DNA of 64,000 nucleotides from Sulfurospirillaceae bacterium (GTDB lineage Bacteria; Campylobacterota; Campylobacteria; Campylobacterales; Sulfurospirillaceae), in NCBI GenBank assembly GCA_033723415.1, contig JAWVXD010000005.1, positions 1 to 64,000 on the forward strand, given 5' to 3'. Position 1 is the first letter of the stretch. The number at the start of each line of letters is the position of its first letter. The translations under genes were made by a program, and so were the position numbers. Shown here piece by piece: positions 62,323 to 64,000 of the stretch. The notes below the pieces were generated by a model that did no database searches, was not told the DNA's origin, and saw nothing but the letters and a program-made list of their open reading frames with translations.

Positions 62323-63689
62323 TTTAGTTTCTCCTTTGCTGTTGCAATCAACTCGTTCATCTTCTCTTCATAAATCTTCATTTTTTCTTCATCGGTTGAT
62401 TCAAATCTTGTTACGAGTATAGGAGTTGTATTGCTAGCTCGAATCAATCCCCATCCATCTTCAAATACCACCCTCACACCATCTATTGTTATAATTTGTT
62501 TTATATGAGGAAAATCTTTAGGTGGATTTTTCAACAACTCTTTGATCATATCTATTAAAGCAAATTTGGCTGATTCCGTTGTCTTTACTTTGATCTCTTC
62601 GGTTGAGAAAACTTTTGGCAAAGATTCAATCTTCTCATCAACATTTAAACCATCTTTAATAAGCTCTATCATTCTAAGCGTTGCATACAAAGCATCATCG
62701 TATCCAAAATATCTATCATTGAAGAACAGATGTCCACTTACTTCTGCAGCAAAATCCGCATTTAATTCTGCTATTTTAACTTTCAGATTACTATGACCTG
62801 TCTTGTACATAATAGCTGTACCATATGAATTTATTATATCGTACATGATCTGTGAGCATTTGACTTCACCTATGACTACAGGTTTTTTCATCTTTTCTGA
62901 GTATAAAATAGCCATAATATCACCCTTAACATTATGCTTTTGTGTCAAAAATGCCAATCTGTCGGCATCCCCGTCATATGCAAAACCATAAAGGCAATCA
63001 TCTTTCAACTCTTTTTTTATATCAATCAGATTTTTTTCAACAGTAGGATCGGGATGGTGGTTCGGAAAATTTCCATCAGGTTCTACAAAAAGAGCTTTAT
63101 AATCAAATCCAAGCCTATCAAATATGTCTGTTATCACAGTTCCTGCTACACCGTTTCCACAGTCAATAACAAACTTTTTATCAAATCCTTTAAGATGTTC
63201 AAATTCTCGTATCATAAAATCTATATATCTATTTTTTGCATCTATTTTTATCGATTGGGTGTTATCTTTGATCTGCATACCTAGATTGGAGACTACTTCT
63301 CTTCCAAGAGCATAAATATCTTCTCCGAAAAAAGGTTTTTTACCTATCGTGATCTTGAAACCGTTATATTCGCTTGGATTATGAGATCCCGTGATCATGA
63401 CACTAGCCTGAGGATTCAAACCATCGAAATTTTGATAATTACTAAAATAATTCACAGGAGTTGCTACAAGCCCCATATCTAAAACCGTACATTCTGCGCT
63501 ATTAAATCCGCTTGTTAGATACTCGCATAGTACGGGTGAATGACTTCTTGCATCATATCCTATTGCTACTACTCCGCCTAGCTTTGTAACTATTTTTCCT
63601 AAGAAATGTCCTATCAGTTTGGTAGTTTTTTCATTTAGTTCTTTTTCGTAGATACCTCTGATATCATATTCTCTAAAGATTGATGTCAT
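62319..63689 (-). CDS. Phosphomannomutase/phosphoglucomutase (AlgC family)
   Basis: FREYDIRG, TGSHNP, DGDADR, EVSGH, RASNT. Confidence 0.93.
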   Translation of the reverse strand: MTSIFREYDIRGIYEKELNEKTTKLIGHFLGKIVTKLGGVVAIGYDARSHSPVLCEYLTSGFNSAECTVLDMGLVATPVNYFSNYQNFDGLNPQASVMITGSHNPSEYNGFKITIGKKPFFGEDIYALGREVVSNLGMQIKDNTQSIKIDAKNRYIDFMIREFEHLKGFDKKFVIDCGNGVAGTVITDIFDRLGFDYKALFVEPDGNFPNHHPDPTVEKNLIDIKKELKDDCLYGFAYDGDADRLAFLTQKHNVKGDIMAILYSEKMKKPVVIGEVKCSQIMYDIINSYGTAIMYKTGHSNLKVKIAELNADFAAEVSGHLFFNDRYFGYDDALYATLRMIELIKDGLNVDEKIESLPKVFSTEEIKVKTTESAKFALIDMIKELLKNPPKDFPHIKQIITIDGVRVVFEDGWGLIRASNTTPILVTRFESTDEEKMKIYEEKMNELIATAKEKLK

Positions 63690-64000
63690 TTTTGATTGCT
63701 TCCTTGAAAACTTTTGTGTAAGATTTATCTTCTTTTAATTTATTGCTCATTATATCCAAGCTTCTTTTAAAATCCTCTATAGTCAGGTTACCTTTAAGAA
63801 GTTCATATTTTAAAAATAACCAATAGGTATTTAATACATCGCTCTCACAGTACTCTTTGATTTTTTCTATTTTATCTTCATAAAAGAGTTCCATTACTTC
63901 CGAACCGTGAACGTCATACTTGCCAGGTGCTCCGATCATTGAACAAAGAATATCAAGTTTCAGACCTCTTGTTGCACCAAATTCAGAGATATGATCCATC
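63673..64000 (-). CDS. Predicted 3'-5' exonuclease-like protein (PolB-related/WlaX-like), C-terminal part
   Basis: LKLD..C...G.PGK, YCESDVLNT (ExoIII-like YxxxD); 5' end outside the window. Confidence 0.7.
   Translation of the reverse strand, partial: MDHISEFGATRGLKLDILCSMIGAPGKYDVHGSEVMELFYEDKIEKIKEYCESDVLNTYWLFLKYELLKGNLTIEDFKRSLDIMSNKLKEDKSYTKVFKEAIKNDINL

Noticed and set aside
1..64000. CRISPR arrays, rRNA, IS elements, phase-variable poly-G/C tracts
   Set aside because: None seen by eye. Intergenic gaps are short, and the homopolymers are A/T runs expected in AT-rich DNA.

Overview
AT-rich chromosomal segment of a Campylobacterota (epsilonproteobacterial) bacterium, probably Sulfurospirillum-like. 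This placement is inferred from conserved gene order: gatC-cvpA-fur-lysS-glyA, der-aroK-trpS-serS-pflB, cheY-prmA-ftsH-psd-like-pssA, and 6S RNA upstream of purD. Most of the window is housekeeping genes. The accessory parts are (i) the start of a surface-polysaccharide cluster next to tRNA-Leu(GAG), (ii) a phosphorelay operon with a NIT-domain hybrid kinase, (iii) a TRAP transporter, and (iv) a ~7.7 kb signalling cluster: FIST-PAS-PAS-HD-GYP, a CetB/CetA-like pair, and a di-heme peroxidase homologue coupled to a PAS-GGDEF-EAL receptor. The most notable observations, several absent from the ORF track: a Leu-rich leader peptide upstream of leuA with no terminator hairpin; a compact structured 5' UTR on atpE (riboswitch candidate); loss of the catalytic residues in the cytochrome c peroxidase homologue, suggesting a heme sensor; an LptM/YifL-like 43-aa lipoprotein overlapping a probably leaderless DciA-like/uvrC operon; and eroded rmlA/rmlB remnants. 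No CRISPR array, rRNA, transposase or integrase was seen. All protein calls come from motif recognition by eye, not database searches.
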